Shown in pieces: positions 28,189-36,646 of a DNA stretch of 64,000 nt. Position 1 is the first letter of the stretch, and the number at the start of each line of letters is the position of its first letter. The stretch lies in the NCBI GenBank assembly GCA_000992695.1, contig LBUS01000009.1:25548-89547 (forward strand). The letters are read 5' to 3'. Under the pieces are notes generated by a model. It did not search any database, had not been told where the DNA came from, and was given only the letters and a program-made list of their open reading frames with translations. The position numbers and the translations under genes were made by a program. The stretch comes from Candidatus Peregrinibacteria bacterium GW2011_GWF2_38_29 (GTDB taxonomy: Bacteria > Patescibacteriota > Gracilibacteria > UBA1369 > UBA12463).

Positions 28189-28671
28189 TTAAAAAAACAT
28201 GCGCCAAATCGCGCTAAAAGAATACATTCCGGCAATCACAATCAAACCTTGAATAATCGTTCCAATAAAAATAAAAAATACGGAACGCCAATATTTAATT
28301 CCAAAAACAAAAGCAATTAATGCCGCCGTCCATGCACCACCAATAAAAGGCACTGGAATAATCGCTATAAATAAAACCAAAGCGGTGCCAAGTCTTTCCA
28401 TTTTGCTTCCATATTTTTTTCTCGTATGATCAAAAATCGCAGTTAAAATTTTATTTATAAATCCAACTCTTTTCATTAAAAAATTACTAATCGGACCAAG
28501 AACTTTAAGAACAATCAAAATCGGCGCCATACATCCTAAAACCGCCAAAATATAAACTATAAAAATCGGCAAATGAAAACGCTCAATCCCAACCGGAATT
28601 GCGCCCCTAAGTTCCAAAACAGGCAACATTGATCCAAAAAATATCCAAAAATAAGGATAAAGCATTTGCAT
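28189..28671 (-). CDS. small polytopic membrane protein (COG2426 / small multidrug-export-like family)
   Basis: 160 aa with 4-5 TM segments. The N-terminal LELRGAIPVGI motif is characteristic of that family as I recall it. Confidence 0.5.
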   Translation of the reverse strand: MQMLYPYFWIFFGSMLPVLELRGAIPVGIERFHLPIFIVYILAVLGCMAPILIVLKVLGPISNFLMKRVGFINKILTAIFDHTRKKYGSKMERLGTALVLFIAIIPVPFIGGAWTAALIAFVFGIKYWRSVFFIFIGTIIQGLIVIAGMYSFSAIWRMFF

Positions 28672-28680
28672 AAATACATC

Positions 28681-29163
28681 TTACAACTTTATAACAAATC
28701 TCTGCAAATCAACCTTATCGATAAAATGTTTATAATTCGCTTTTTGCATCAATAAATAAGAAGGATTATCCTTAAAACTCACGATTTCAACTGCCTTATT
28801 TTTACGTTTAACCATTTCAATCGCAGGTGCCAAATCGCCATCTGAACTTATAAGAATAGCTTTATCGTAACGATTTTCATACGCGCCCTCCACAAGATCG
28901 ATTGCAATTCTAACGTCAACGCCTTTTTCGGTAAAAATATTACCAATTTGCTGAAACCTATGCAGTCTTTGACTTTTTTTATTATTATCAATCGGCCTAA
29001 TCTGCCCTATATAATAACCAACGCCTTCCAATTTTCTGTCTTTTACGAAATAATTTACAAATTTTTTAAAATTAAAATTTATATGCCCACAATTAGATCT
29101 GCGCAAATTATGATACAAATTTGACCCGTCTATGTAAACATAAACCCTTTCTTTTTTATCCAT
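28681..29163 (-). CDS. NYN (LabA-like, PIN-related) domain protein
   Basis: Motifs: VYVYIDGSNLYHNL, EKGVDVRIAIDLV, AILISSDGDLAPAIEMVK. The segment between the first and second acidic motifs is shorter than usual. Confidence 0.7.
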   Translation of the reverse strand: MDKKERVYVYIDGSNLYHNLRRSNCGHINFNFKKFVNYFVKDRKLEGVGYYIGQIRPIDNNKKSQRLHRFQQIGNIFTEKGVDVRIAIDLVEGAYENRYDKAILISSDGDLAPAIEMVKRKNKAVEIVSFKDNPSYLLMQKANYKHFIDKVDLQRFVIKL

Positions 29164-29177
29164 ACATATTTGATAAA

Positions 29178-29213
29178 CAAAAAACCCGTCATTGACTAAG
29201 CAACAACGGGGGG
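29178..29213 (-). terminator. candidate intrinsic terminator after the 148-aa orphan gene
   Basis: The minus strand reads CCCGTTGTT-GCTTAGTC-AATGACGGG followed by TTTTTT. The stem is 9 bp with two G-U pairs. Confidence 0.45.
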
Positions 29214-29290
29214 TTTAAGCAATTCAAATGTTAATAGGATTTTCTCGTGAAGTCAATATATGTCAGAAAAATGTTAAAAGAATGTTAAAC

Positions 29291-29737
29291 TCAAGGAAAA
29301 TCCTGCAAATAAGCACAAACTGCACCACGTTTATAATCAGAAAGCTTACCTTTTAATTCTTTTTTACCCCACGAAAAATCAAAGTTAATACGACCGATTA
29401 GATTTCCTGAATCCCACCCACCCTTATAAAGAAACACAGCGGCATGAACCAGGTCTTTGACATAAGCTCTCCCGCCATTAATGACATATGCAAATTTCTC
29501 AACATCAGTCGAATAACCATCAAATTCATCAATAAATTCTATATTGACATCTGGCCCCAAAATATAATCAACAAAATTTCTAACAAGCTTAATAACGTCG
29601 ATGGCGCTATTTGGCTTCTTTGAAGCAGCAGCAAGAACGTCACGATTCAACGTATCCAAAAGACCATGCAATTCATCAGGGCAATCAAGAATTTTGCGAA
29701 ATAAAGCGACCTCATGATGATCTACCGGAAGCGGCAT
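29291..29737 (-). CDS. orphan protein, unknown function
   Basis: 148-aa ORF with its own consensus promoter and a terminator-like hairpin. No motif recognised. Confidence 0.55.
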   Translation of the reverse strand: MPLPVDHHEVALFRKILDCPDELHGLLDTLNRDVLAAASKKPNSAIDVIKLVRNFVDYILGPDVNIEFIDEFDGYSTDVEKFAYVINGGRAYVKDLVHAAVFLYKGGWDSGNLIGRINFDFSWGKKELKGKLSDYKRGAVCAYLQDFP

Positions 29738-29766
29738 TTAAGATTATTTTAAGAATTAACGCATAA

Positions 29767-29795
29767 ATTTAAACACCTCAAAATCATCTTGTCAA
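29767..29795 (-). promoter_or_regulatory. sigma70-type promoter of the 148-aa orphan gene
   Basis: The minus strand reads TTGACA-N17-TTAAAT. Confidence 0.55.
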
Positions 29796-29942
29796 TACCT
29801 CACCTGTTCACAAAAGTTATACAACATCTCCCCTGTTCCGCAATTAATTTTCCGCCATACACCTTTTGGCTTACAATAAACCAAATCAGGCACGACTAGT
29901 CGATTATGAACACAAAAGTTACTCCACTTTTAAGTAATACGT

Positions 29943-29971
29943 TTGACTGCTACGCGATTTCGGAATAAATT
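29943..29971 (+). promoter_or_regulatory. candidate promoter of rsmH-ftsL
   Basis: TTGACT-N17-TAAATT, about 90 nt upstream of the rsmH ATG. Confidence 0.45.
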
Positions 29972-30059
29972 TATCAAGAAGTAGCGTATAAAAAAGTTAT
30001 ACACAATTCGTACACAAGTTTTGAACACCCCTAACAGACACGCTGACAAAAATGAGCAT

Positions 30060-30998
30060 ATGGATAACAAAATAACGCATTCACCTGTTCTTCGAAAATT
30101 AGTGCAAAAGTATCTCAATTTAAAAAAGGGAGACATTGCAGTGGATTTGACGCTTGGACTTGGTGGACATTCCTCGGATATTTTAGAAAAAGTTGGACCA
30201 AAAGGTCACCTTATTGCATTTGAACAAGATGCGCAAAACTTAAAAATCGCAAAAGAAAATCTGAAAAAATATAAGAATGTAACCTATATACATCAAAACT
30301 TTGAATTCCTTGAACAAGAATTTAAAAAACACAAACTCCCAAAAGTCGATGGAATTCTCATGGATCTTGGACTCTGCTCATCACACTTTGACCTTGAAAA
30401 TCGCGGATTCTCATTTAGAAAAGATGAACCGTTAGACATGCGATTTAGCTCTGATCTAACGCAAAAAACCGCCGCAGACCTGATCAATAAATTGGAAGTT
30501 CAAGAATTAACAGACATTTTCCGAAATTATGGCGAAGAAAAATATGCATTCAGAATCGCAAGCGCAATCGCAATCCAAAGGAAATTAAAGCCAATTACAA
30601 CAACAAAAGAACTCGCAGATTTGATTGAAGAAGTTCGCCCACATGAACGCCACTCGCACATTCATCCCGCAACACAGATATTTCAAGCACTAAGAATAGC
30701 CGTAAACGACGAACTTGAGGTTCTAAAAAATGTTTTACCGCAAACGGTAAATATATTAAAGAAAAACGGAAGATTGGTAGTCATTTCATACCACTCTCTC
30801 GAAGATCGCATCGTAAAACATTTCTTAAAACTCCAAGAAAAAGAATGCATATGTCCCATCGAAATATTAATTTGTCAGTGCAAACATGAACCAACTCTTA
30901 AAATTCTCACAAAAAAACCTGATCGACCCTCTGAAGATGAAATTAATGAAAATCCTAGATCAAGAAGCGCTCTCCTTAGAGCCGCAGAACACCTGTAG
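30060..30998 (+). CDS. rsmH: 16S rRNA (cytosine1402-N4)-methyltransferase
   Basis: Motifs: HSPVL, VDLTLGLGGHS, DGILMDLGLCSSHFD, RGFSF, VISYHSLEDRIVK. The start is set at ATG 30060 because the track start at 30021 is a TTG. Confidence 0.9.
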   Translation: MDNKITHSPVLRKLVQKYLNLKKGDIAVDLTLGLGGHSSDILEKVGPKGHLIAFEQDAQNLKIAKENLKKYKNVTYIHQNFEFLEQEFKKHKLPKVDGILMDLGLCSSHFDLENRGFSFRKDEPLDMRFSSDLTQKTAADLINKLEVQELTDIFRNYGEEKYAFRIASAIAIQRKLKPITTTKELADLIEEVRPHERHSHIHPATQIFQALRIAVNDELEVLKNVLPQTVNILKKNGRLVVISYHSLEDRIVKHFLKLQEKECICPIEILICQCKHEPTLKILTKKPDRPSEDEINENPRSRSALLRAAEHL

Positions 30999-31054
30999 CA
31001 TCCCACAAAACTACATGGAAAAACAAATACAATCCGTAATCTATTGGTAAAAAA

Positions 31055-31459
31055 ATGAACGCAACCCCTCACAAACAATATCTTAGGTACGACTGGCAAA
31101 TCTCACGAAAAAACCGAGAAGTGCAAAACCCATTGCAAACCAGTATTACAGAAATTCCAAGCATAAAATTTGAACTTAATTCGGGACTTTTAATCGCCTC
31201 TTTTATTGTATTCATCGCATTGATTACAATGATGACTCTTTTCTTTGCCGGAAAAGGCGTCACGAAGGGCTACATCGTCAAACAACTTGAAGCCGAAAGA
31301 CAAACTTTAATTCGCGAAAACGACGTCATCGGCGGAAAACTCGCAAGCGCACAATCTGCGGACAGCCTACTCTTGAGCCGCAGAGCAAAAACCATGGTTA
31401 GGCTTAATGAAAGCCGAATCACCTTTATTCGAGCCGAATCCAATTTGGCGCAGAGATAG
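31055..31459 (+). CDS. ftsL: FtsL-like cell-division protein
   Basis: Sits immediately after rsmH. It has a single TM (LLIASFIVFIALITMMTLFF) followed by a coiled coil (VKQLEAERQTLIRENDVIGGKL). Confidence 0.5.
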   Translation: MNATPHKQYLRYDWQISRKNREVQNPLQTSITEIPSIKFELNSGLLIASFIVFIALITMMTLFFAGKGVTKGYIVKQLEAERQTLIRENDVIGGKLASAQSADSLLLSRRAKTMVRLNESRITFIRAESNLAQR

Positions 31460-31472
31460 AAACAAAATTAGA

Positions 31473-32165
31473 TTATTTGTTGTTACTATCACCACGTTCA
31501 TCAGCAGGCTCTACGGGAATTTCCCCTGCAGTAACTCTCCTCCTAACAACTTCAACTCTATCTGTAACGCTTGCATCCGGACGCATATTCATGCCAAATC
31601 TAGCTAAAGCAATTTCCGATGATTCGTATTCTCTAGGATCTTCACCCAAAGCCTCATGACACTGAAAAATAAATTGCCCCATATAATCAACAAACAAAGA
31701 AGGTTCTGCGCCAGCAATAACTTTGCTCAATTCGTTAGCAAATTTTACTAAAGCCATTGCTCTTGTTACACCATCCAACATTTCTTCATAACGATCATCA
31801 GGAACTACGTCAAAACCGTTACCATCAACGGGGAATTGATCGTCTTCATTTGGCAATAACTCGCCAACTATTGTATTAAGTTCACCCATCAAAATTTTCG
31901 ATAAACTGGTAGCGCTACCGTCATCTATAAATTCAACATAATCGCCACTACCATCGTCTTCATCTCTTGAAGATGGAGTAGTGCCACTAACGTCATCATC
32001 CCCCTCTAAGCAATCGCGCGCATCATCAGAACCATCGTCCTCAAGATGTTGTTGAATTAATGATTTAAGACCCTCATCCAAACCAGCATTCATAGCAGCA
32101 GTTTCTATATCCGCTACAGAATATCCAGGACCTTTTGGTGCACTAATCACTTTTACATCTGACAT
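31473..32165 (-). CDS. orphan, extremely acidic protein, unknown function
   Basis: ORF with a D/E/G-rich tract (HLEDDGSDDARDCLEGDDDVSGTTPSSRDEDDGSGDYVEFIDDGS). The start is set at ATG 32165 (MSDVKV) because the track start at 32198 overlaps the predicted -10 box. Confidence 0.55.
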   Translation of the reverse strand: MSDVKVISAPKGPGYSVADIETAAMNAGLDEGLKSLIQQHLEDDGSDDARDCLEGDDDVSGTTPSSRDEDDGSGDYVEFIDDGSATSLSKILMGELNTIVGELLPNEDDQFPVDGNGFDVVPDDRYEEMLDGVTRAMALVKFANELSKVIAGAEPSLFVDYMGQFIFQCHEALGEDPREYESSEIALARFGMNMRPDASVTDRVEVVRRRVTAGEIPVEPADERGDSNNK

Positions 32166-32198
32166 ATTATTTTTGATTAAAATTATAATTTGGATCAA

Positions 32199-32228
32199 AT
32201 TATATAATAAAATATTTCACTTTGTCAA
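32199..32228 (-). promoter_or_regulatory. sigma70-type promoter of the acidic orphan gene
   Basis: The minus strand reads TTGACA-N18-TATAAT (or N17-ATATAA). Confidence 0.55.
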
Positions 32229-32236
32229 GGACAACA

Positions 32237-32264
32237 TTGACGAACCTGCACCGTTGTGTATGAT
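32237..32264 (+). promoter_or_regulatory. sigma70-type promoter of the 88-aa orphan gene (divergent from the previous one)
   Basis: TTGACG-N16-TATGAT, with TG directly upstream of the -10. Confidence 0.55.
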
Positions 32265-32299
32265 AAAGTCGGTTTTATTTATAACCTAACCAAATCACT

Positions 32300-32566
32300 A
32301 TGAACGCACCACATCTAGGAAACGGAGACGATCAAACAACGGAACGTATCGGTGACACCAGGGTAAGATTAGAAACTCTTCCTTTCAGGGAAACGGAACA
32401 CGGCAGAGTTTTTAAATTTGGAGATGGAACAAATGGACCAATATGTGGGCGAAGAGCATCTGAAAGCGAAATGTCGAATGGAATATCAGAATTAAATATA
32501 TTAACATTAGACGACAACGCACGCCCAATAGTTTCGTGCGACGTAAACGGAAATCTTATTCAATAA
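32300..32566 (+). CDS. small orphan protein, paralog of the next gene
   Basis: 88 aa. Shares ETLPFRETEHGRVFKF...GPICGRRAS...PIVSCDVNGNLI with ETMPLKTTRFGKVWHF...GMIYGRTAT...PIYLCDAEGNLI in the next ORF. Confidence 0.55.
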   Translation: MNAPHLGNGDDQTTERIGDTRVRLETLPFRETEHGRVFKFGDGTNGPICGRRASESEMSNGISELNILTLDDNARPIVSCDVNGNLIQ

Positions 32567-32626
32567 GACACAAAATAAAATTATCTTTATTATTTTGATC
32601 GATTTACTAAAATCGGCAGTTTAGTA

Positions 32627-32654
32627 TTGACAAAAAATTCTACTCATGTATAAT
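32627..32654 (+). promoter_or_regulatory. consensus sigma70 promoter of the second small paralog
   Basis: TTGACA-N16-TATAAT with TG directly upstream of the -10. The -10 overlaps the ORF-track ATG at 32653, which argues for the ATG at 32692. Confidence 0.65.
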
Positions 32655-32691
32655 GATATTCCTTTATAAAACACATTTAACAAAAAATAAT

Positions 32692-33054
32692 ATGACACCG
32701 GGACCAGACACATATCGCGACCCATCAGATGCAGCAGAAGCCGCTCCAGTTTTATCACCAGGGGCAAGAATAGCAATAGAAACAGCTCTCGCATCAGATG
32801 AAAGCTGGAAAGCAACCATGAGAGACGAAACTATGCCACTAAAAACAACGAGATTCGGAAAAGTATGGCATTTCCATCGTGAAGGAATAGGCATGATATA
32901 CGGAAGAACAGCAACGGCACTAGAAGTAATAAGAGACACTCTCAAAAAACCAGATGCACCAAGTATGACAGTAGTTGGCAGGCACGAAACATCTGCGCTT
33001 CCTATATATTTATGCGACGCAGAGGGAAATCTAATTTTATCAGAGAAAGAGTAA
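32692..33054 (+). CDS. small orphan protein, paralog of 32300..32566
   Basis: 120 aa from MTPGPDTY. Its C-terminal two-thirds align with the 88-aa protein (see that entry). Confidence 0.55.
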   Translation: MTPGPDTYRDPSDAAEAAPVLSPGARIAIETALASDESWKATMRDETMPLKTTRFGKVWHFHREGIGMIYGRTATALEVIRDTLKKPDAPSMTVVGRHETSALPIYLCDAEGNLILSEKE

Positions 33055-33071
33055 AAATCTGAGCTCGGCTC

Positions 33072-33112
33072 TTGCCATATTCAAATTAGCGCTGTATACT
33101 CACAAGTGCTAA
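33072..33112 (+). promoter_or_regulatory. hrcA promoter with embedded CIRCE operator
   Basis: The promoter is TTGCCA-N17-TATACT. The CIRCE-like inverted repeat is TTAGCGCTG-N9-AAGTGCTAA (33086-33112), and the -10 hexamer occupies the first 6 nt of the N9 spacer. Confidence 0.7.
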
Positions 33113-33126
33113 ATTAAGCATATTCT

Positions 33127-33852
33127 ATGGATTTTGGAAATCGAAAAATCAGCATATTAAAAGCAATCGTTCAGCGTTTCATTGAAACCGCCGAACCGGT
33201 TGGCTCAAACATAATCATTGTTCAATATCACTTGAATGTAAGCCCGGCGACCGTTCGAAATGACATGGCAGAACTTGAAGAAGAAGGCTTTATTTTTCAA
33301 CCGCACACTTCCGCGGGACGCGTTCCAACACAGCAAGGTTATCGCAAATACGTCGAAGAAATCGCGGACTATGATTCAGCCAGAAAACGTGTTGAGAAAG
33401 CCTTAATTACAATGCGTGAAGAATATAAAATACAGAAGACAAAAGAAAAACTACACGAAGCGGTTCACCTTCTCTCGCGCGCAACACACAACGTCAGCTT
33501 TGCAACTTTGCCAGATAACCAACGAACTTTTTATCTTGGAGTTTCAAGCGCTTTAAGACAGCCCGAATTCATTAACGATCCTGTCAGCGCAAGCCAAGTT
33601 ATGGAAGTTCTTGAAGAAAACGACAATTTTATAAAAATCTTGAAATCACTCGAAATAGGCGAAAAAGCCGACGTTTTTATCGGACAAGAAAATATAATCC
33701 CGCAAATTCACAGTTGCAGCATCATTGTCACAAAATATGAATTGGACGGTTTTGAAGGATTTCTTGGAATACTTGGCCCGATGAGAATGGATTATCCGTA
33801 TAATATGGTTTTAGTCGAAGAAATAAAGAAAATGTTAAAATCCAAAATCTAA
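33127..33852 (+). CDS. hrcA: heat-inducible transcription repressor HrcA (short form)
   Basis: N-terminal wHTH ILKAIVQRFIETAEPVGSNIII...SPATVRNDMAELEEEGFIFQPHTSAGRVPTQQGYRKYV. It is 241 aa, versus the roughly 340 aa I recall as typical for HrcA. Confidence 0.8.
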   Translation: MDFGNRKISILKAIVQRFIETAEPVGSNIIIVQYHLNVSPATVRNDMAELEEEGFIFQPHTSAGRVPTQQGYRKYVEEIADYDSARKRVEKALITMREEYKIQKTKEKLHEAVHLLSRATHNVSFATLPDNQRTFYLGVSSALRQPEFINDPVSASQVMEVLEENDNFIKILKSLEIGEKADVFIGQENIIPQIHSCSIIVTKYELDGFEGFLGILGPMRMDYPYNMVLVEEIKKMLKSKI

Positions 33853-33886
33853 AATCCAAATGAATGATAAATAACAAATATAATAA

Positions 33887-34396
33887 ATGACAAATAAAGA
33901 TCAAAATCAACAAGGACAAAACGATGGCACAAATCCGCAAGATCCATCAACCGAATCCGTCGCAGAGCTTCAACAAAAACTCGAACTAATGACAGAAGCA
34001 TGCAAGCGCACGATGGCCGACCTCGCAAATTATCGCAAGCGCGCGGAAGAAGAAAAACTCGCTCTTGCAAGCTTTGGAAGCGCAAAAATTTTAATCGAAC
34101 TTTTATCAGTTTTAGACAATTTTGAACGCGCATTAAAAGCAATGGAAACAGACAACATCCCCGAAGATCATAAAAAAGGCATCATCGGAATTCAATCACA
34201 ACTCAAAGCCCTCCTCGAAAAATACGACGTAAAATCTTTTGAATCGCTCGGCAATCCATTTGATCCAAATTTTCACGAAGCAATTGCAGAAGCCCCAGGC
34301 GAAAAAGGTGCAATCATCGAAGAAATCGAAAAAGGCTACACAATCGGCGATAAAGTTTTAAGACCGGCAAAAGTTAAGGTTGGAAACGGCGCTTAA
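33887..34396 (+). CDS. grpE: nucleotide exchange factor GrpE
   Basis: Motifs: ANYRKRAEEE, LLSVLDNFERAL, FDPNFHEAI, VLRPAKVKV. Confidence 0.9.
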   Translation: MTNKDQNQQGQNDGTNPQDPSTESVAELQQKLELMTEACKRTMADLANYRKRAEEEKLALASFGSAKILIELLSVLDNFERALKAMETDNIPEDHKKGIIGIQSQLKALLEKYDVKSFESLGNPFDPNFHEAIAEAPGEKGAIIEEIEKGYTIGDKVLRPAKVKVGNGA

Positions 34397-34401
34397 GGCT
34401 C

Positions 34402-35928
34402 TTATTTTTCAATCGGCACAATTCCAAAGGCAGTGCAGGAAACATTAGTTCTAAGACCCTTACACATACGTCTATCAAGCTTTAGTCCAACCTCAAGCAA
34501 AAGTTCTCTTAATTTAATTTCAGAAGCACCGGAAAACCTAGCCTGAATTGATGTTGAATTAACACTCCCTTCTTTCACATGATCGCTCACAAATAAAAGC
34601 CAGTCCGAATTATTAGGAGCAAAGCAGCGTCCTACGTTTTTTGCTAAGAAAAGAAACACGGCTCGCGAAACGCCCTTGGAAACACCTCTATTTAACGGAA
34701 AATTCTCGTCAATCAATCTAGTTGCAGGACCAACATGCTCACTCATAATCGGCAAATTCGCAAACTCTTCCCTATCAGGCAATCCTTCTTTTTTCAGCTT
34801 ATTACCCTCCTTTAAAGGTTTTTTTACCATTCTATAAGCATGATCATATCTACGCTTACCATCGGTAAATCGACCATCCTCACAATAAACATTAATTTTC
34901 TCAAGCATATAAGGTGAATCTTTTAACTTCGCAGATTTAAAAATGCTCAACAATCTATTTAAAGTAACAAGTTTCAAATCAGAAGGACGTTCTGATCTTT
35001 TTCTTTGTCGTGCAACATCTCCTTCAAGCGAAGATCTCAAAATGTATTTACCAAAACCAGTACTAAACAAATATTCAAAAATTCTATAGTCGGAATGCTT
35101 ATTCCGATGAGCCTCAAACCAATCAAGCGCAGGCTGAACTTCATCTTCAATAAGCGGAAATTGATCCAAGTCCGCAAGCTCATGAATTTCAGGAGACTTT
35201 TTACGGCCTTTGGAAGGCTTTTCTTCATCAAGAACAACAGCCCGATCATCAACGCCGAGCTTTCTAACCATCCTACATGCAACATAAGAACGTCTACCGG
35301 TTATTGGATCAGGTCGTTCATAAGCGATCCGAACCGATTCAATTGTATAAGGGGAATTTTTTAATTTACCATTTAAAATACTCTTAACAACGCCGTGAAT
35401 AGTATCTTTAGATTTTTCATTCAAACCAGCAGCTGCACGCACCTCCTTCATAACTCCATTTAAAACATGTAATGGAATATATGCGCCAAAATTTGTAGCT
35501 AAAGCGTTTTCAACGCTTTCACTAATACCACGCCCTTGTCTTTGACGATGACTCTTAAAAAAATCCAAAGCAGGCTGAACCTCATCTTGTATGACCGGAA
35601 ATTGATTCAAATAAGCAGGAGGGTGAACTAAACGATTTCCCAATCTGGCAGGCAAAAGTTGTGCATCAGCGCCGGAAGCAGCAGCAGGAATAACATCATC
35701 AACTTGCGGCAAATCAATGCTCACATCAGCATCCATACGAGCATGCAAAGTAGCTGGTTTACCCGGCTCATCAGGACTGGAATAAACCAATTCAACTCGA
35801 AATTTCACACCCCTTTTGGCGGCATCCAACCCCTCAAGGATAACGGCAAGTGATTCAAAAGCTTTTTGAACAGTCAATGCAGCATCACTTTCTGGTTTTT
35901 CTAAACGTCGATCCCGCGCTTCTTCCAT
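34402..35928 (-). CDS. orphan protein with three tandem copies of a ~116-aa winged-helix-like module
   Basis: Copy 1 (aa 107-222) and copy 2 (aa 254-369) are equal in length. They begin QFPVIQDEVQPALDFFKSHR / QFPLIEDEVQPALDWFEAHR and end KLKNSPYTIESVRIAYE...YVACRMV / KLKDSPYMLEKINVYCE...HAYRMV. A third, degenerate copy spans aa 389-505. Confidence 0.65.
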   Translation of the reverse strand: MEEARDRRLEKPESDAALTVQKAFESLAVILEGLDAAKRGVKFRVELVYSSPDEPGKPATLHARMDADVSIDLPQVDDVIPAAASGADAQLLPARLGNRLVHPPAYLNQFPVIQDEVQPALDFFKSHRQRQGRGISESVENALATNFGAYIPLHVLNGVMKEVRAAAGLNEKSKDTIHGVVKSILNGKLKNSPYTIESVRIAYERPDPITGRRSYVACRMVRKLGVDDRAVVLDEEKPSKGRKKSPEIHELADLDQFPLIEDEVQPALDWFEAHRNKHSDYRIFEYLFSTGFGKYILRSSLEGDVARQRKRSERPSDLKLVTLNRLLSIFKSAKLKDSPYMLEKINVYCEDGRFTDGKRRYDHAYRMVKKPLKEGNKLKKEGLPDREEFANLPIMSEHVGPATRLIDENFPLNRGVSKGVSRAVFLFLAKNVGRCFAPNNSDWLLFVSDHVKEGSVNSTSIQARFSGASEIKLRELLLEVGLKLDRRMCKGLRTNVSCTAFGIVPIEK

Positions 35929-35987
35929 ATTTTTTTATAAAAATAAATAGGAATTTAAACTAGCATATGACATTGCAAAAAGTCAAA

Positions 35988-36638
35988 TCAAAGACTCTTT
36001 GGAACTAATCGATAAGCCACTTTCCTTTTCGAACCAACCAAAACGTAAATTCTTTCCAAATCACAAGATAATCTATTTATCCTGCCAAACTTATATAAAT
36101 TACTAAATACAAGCGAAACAGAATAAGGGCTATTCGCCACATCAATACCGGCACGTCCAAATTCAGCTTTAATTTCTTTATGAAAAACAAAACAACCGAA
36201 TTTTTTAACTAAAGTCATCAAAAAAACATGCTTAGAACTCATCAAAAGACTATCCCCGCAAAACAGCTCATCAACATCCTTAGCGGCAGTTTCCGCCCCA
36301 GGAAGAACTTCAAACCTTTTTAGAAAATCCGAGTCAACGAACAAAACATCATCATCAAGCAAACTGACAGTTCCCATAATTTCACCGGGCCCTTCTTGTG
36401 GAAAATGCGACGGCAATTCAACCTCAGAGCCTTCACCGTCGTCTGCGCACAATCTTTCAACTTCCGCTTCCAGTGCTTCAACGTTAGCAGTAAGACCTCT
36501 AACTCCGGCTTGAAATTCATTCATCGTTTCAGCAATTTCAGCATCAAGAACATCAAATACACCACGAACCTTAGTTGTGAACAACTCCTCCAACTCCGCC
36601 TTAGCCTGCAACAATGATAATGATACAAAAGGAGCCAT
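35988..36638 (-). CDS. orphan protein: N-terminal coiled coil plus one copy of the same module
   Basis: Coiled coil: AELEELFTTKV...NVEALEAEVERL. Module: KHVFLMTLVKKFGCFVF...VANSPYSVSLVF...KVAYRLV. Only 8 nt separate it from the upstream gene, so co-transcription is likely. Confidence 0.6.
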   Translation of the reverse strand: MAPFVSLSLLQAKAELEELFTTKVRGVFDVLDAEIAETMNEFQAGVRGLTANVEALEAEVERLCADDGEGSEVELPSHFPQEGPGEIMGTVSLLDDDVLFVDSDFLKRFEVLPGAETAAKDVDELFCGDSLLMSSKHVFLMTLVKKFGCFVFHKEIKAEFGRAGIDVANSPYSVSLVFSNLYKFGRINRLSCDLERIYVLVGSKRKVAYRLVPKSL

Positions 36639-36646
36639 AATATATT

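Noticed and set aside
29930-30136. A 68-aa minus-strand ORF spanning the rsmH promoter and start.
   Set aside because: It overlaps the rsmH 5' end and its predicted promoter, has a hydrophobic low-complexity sequence, and has no start context.
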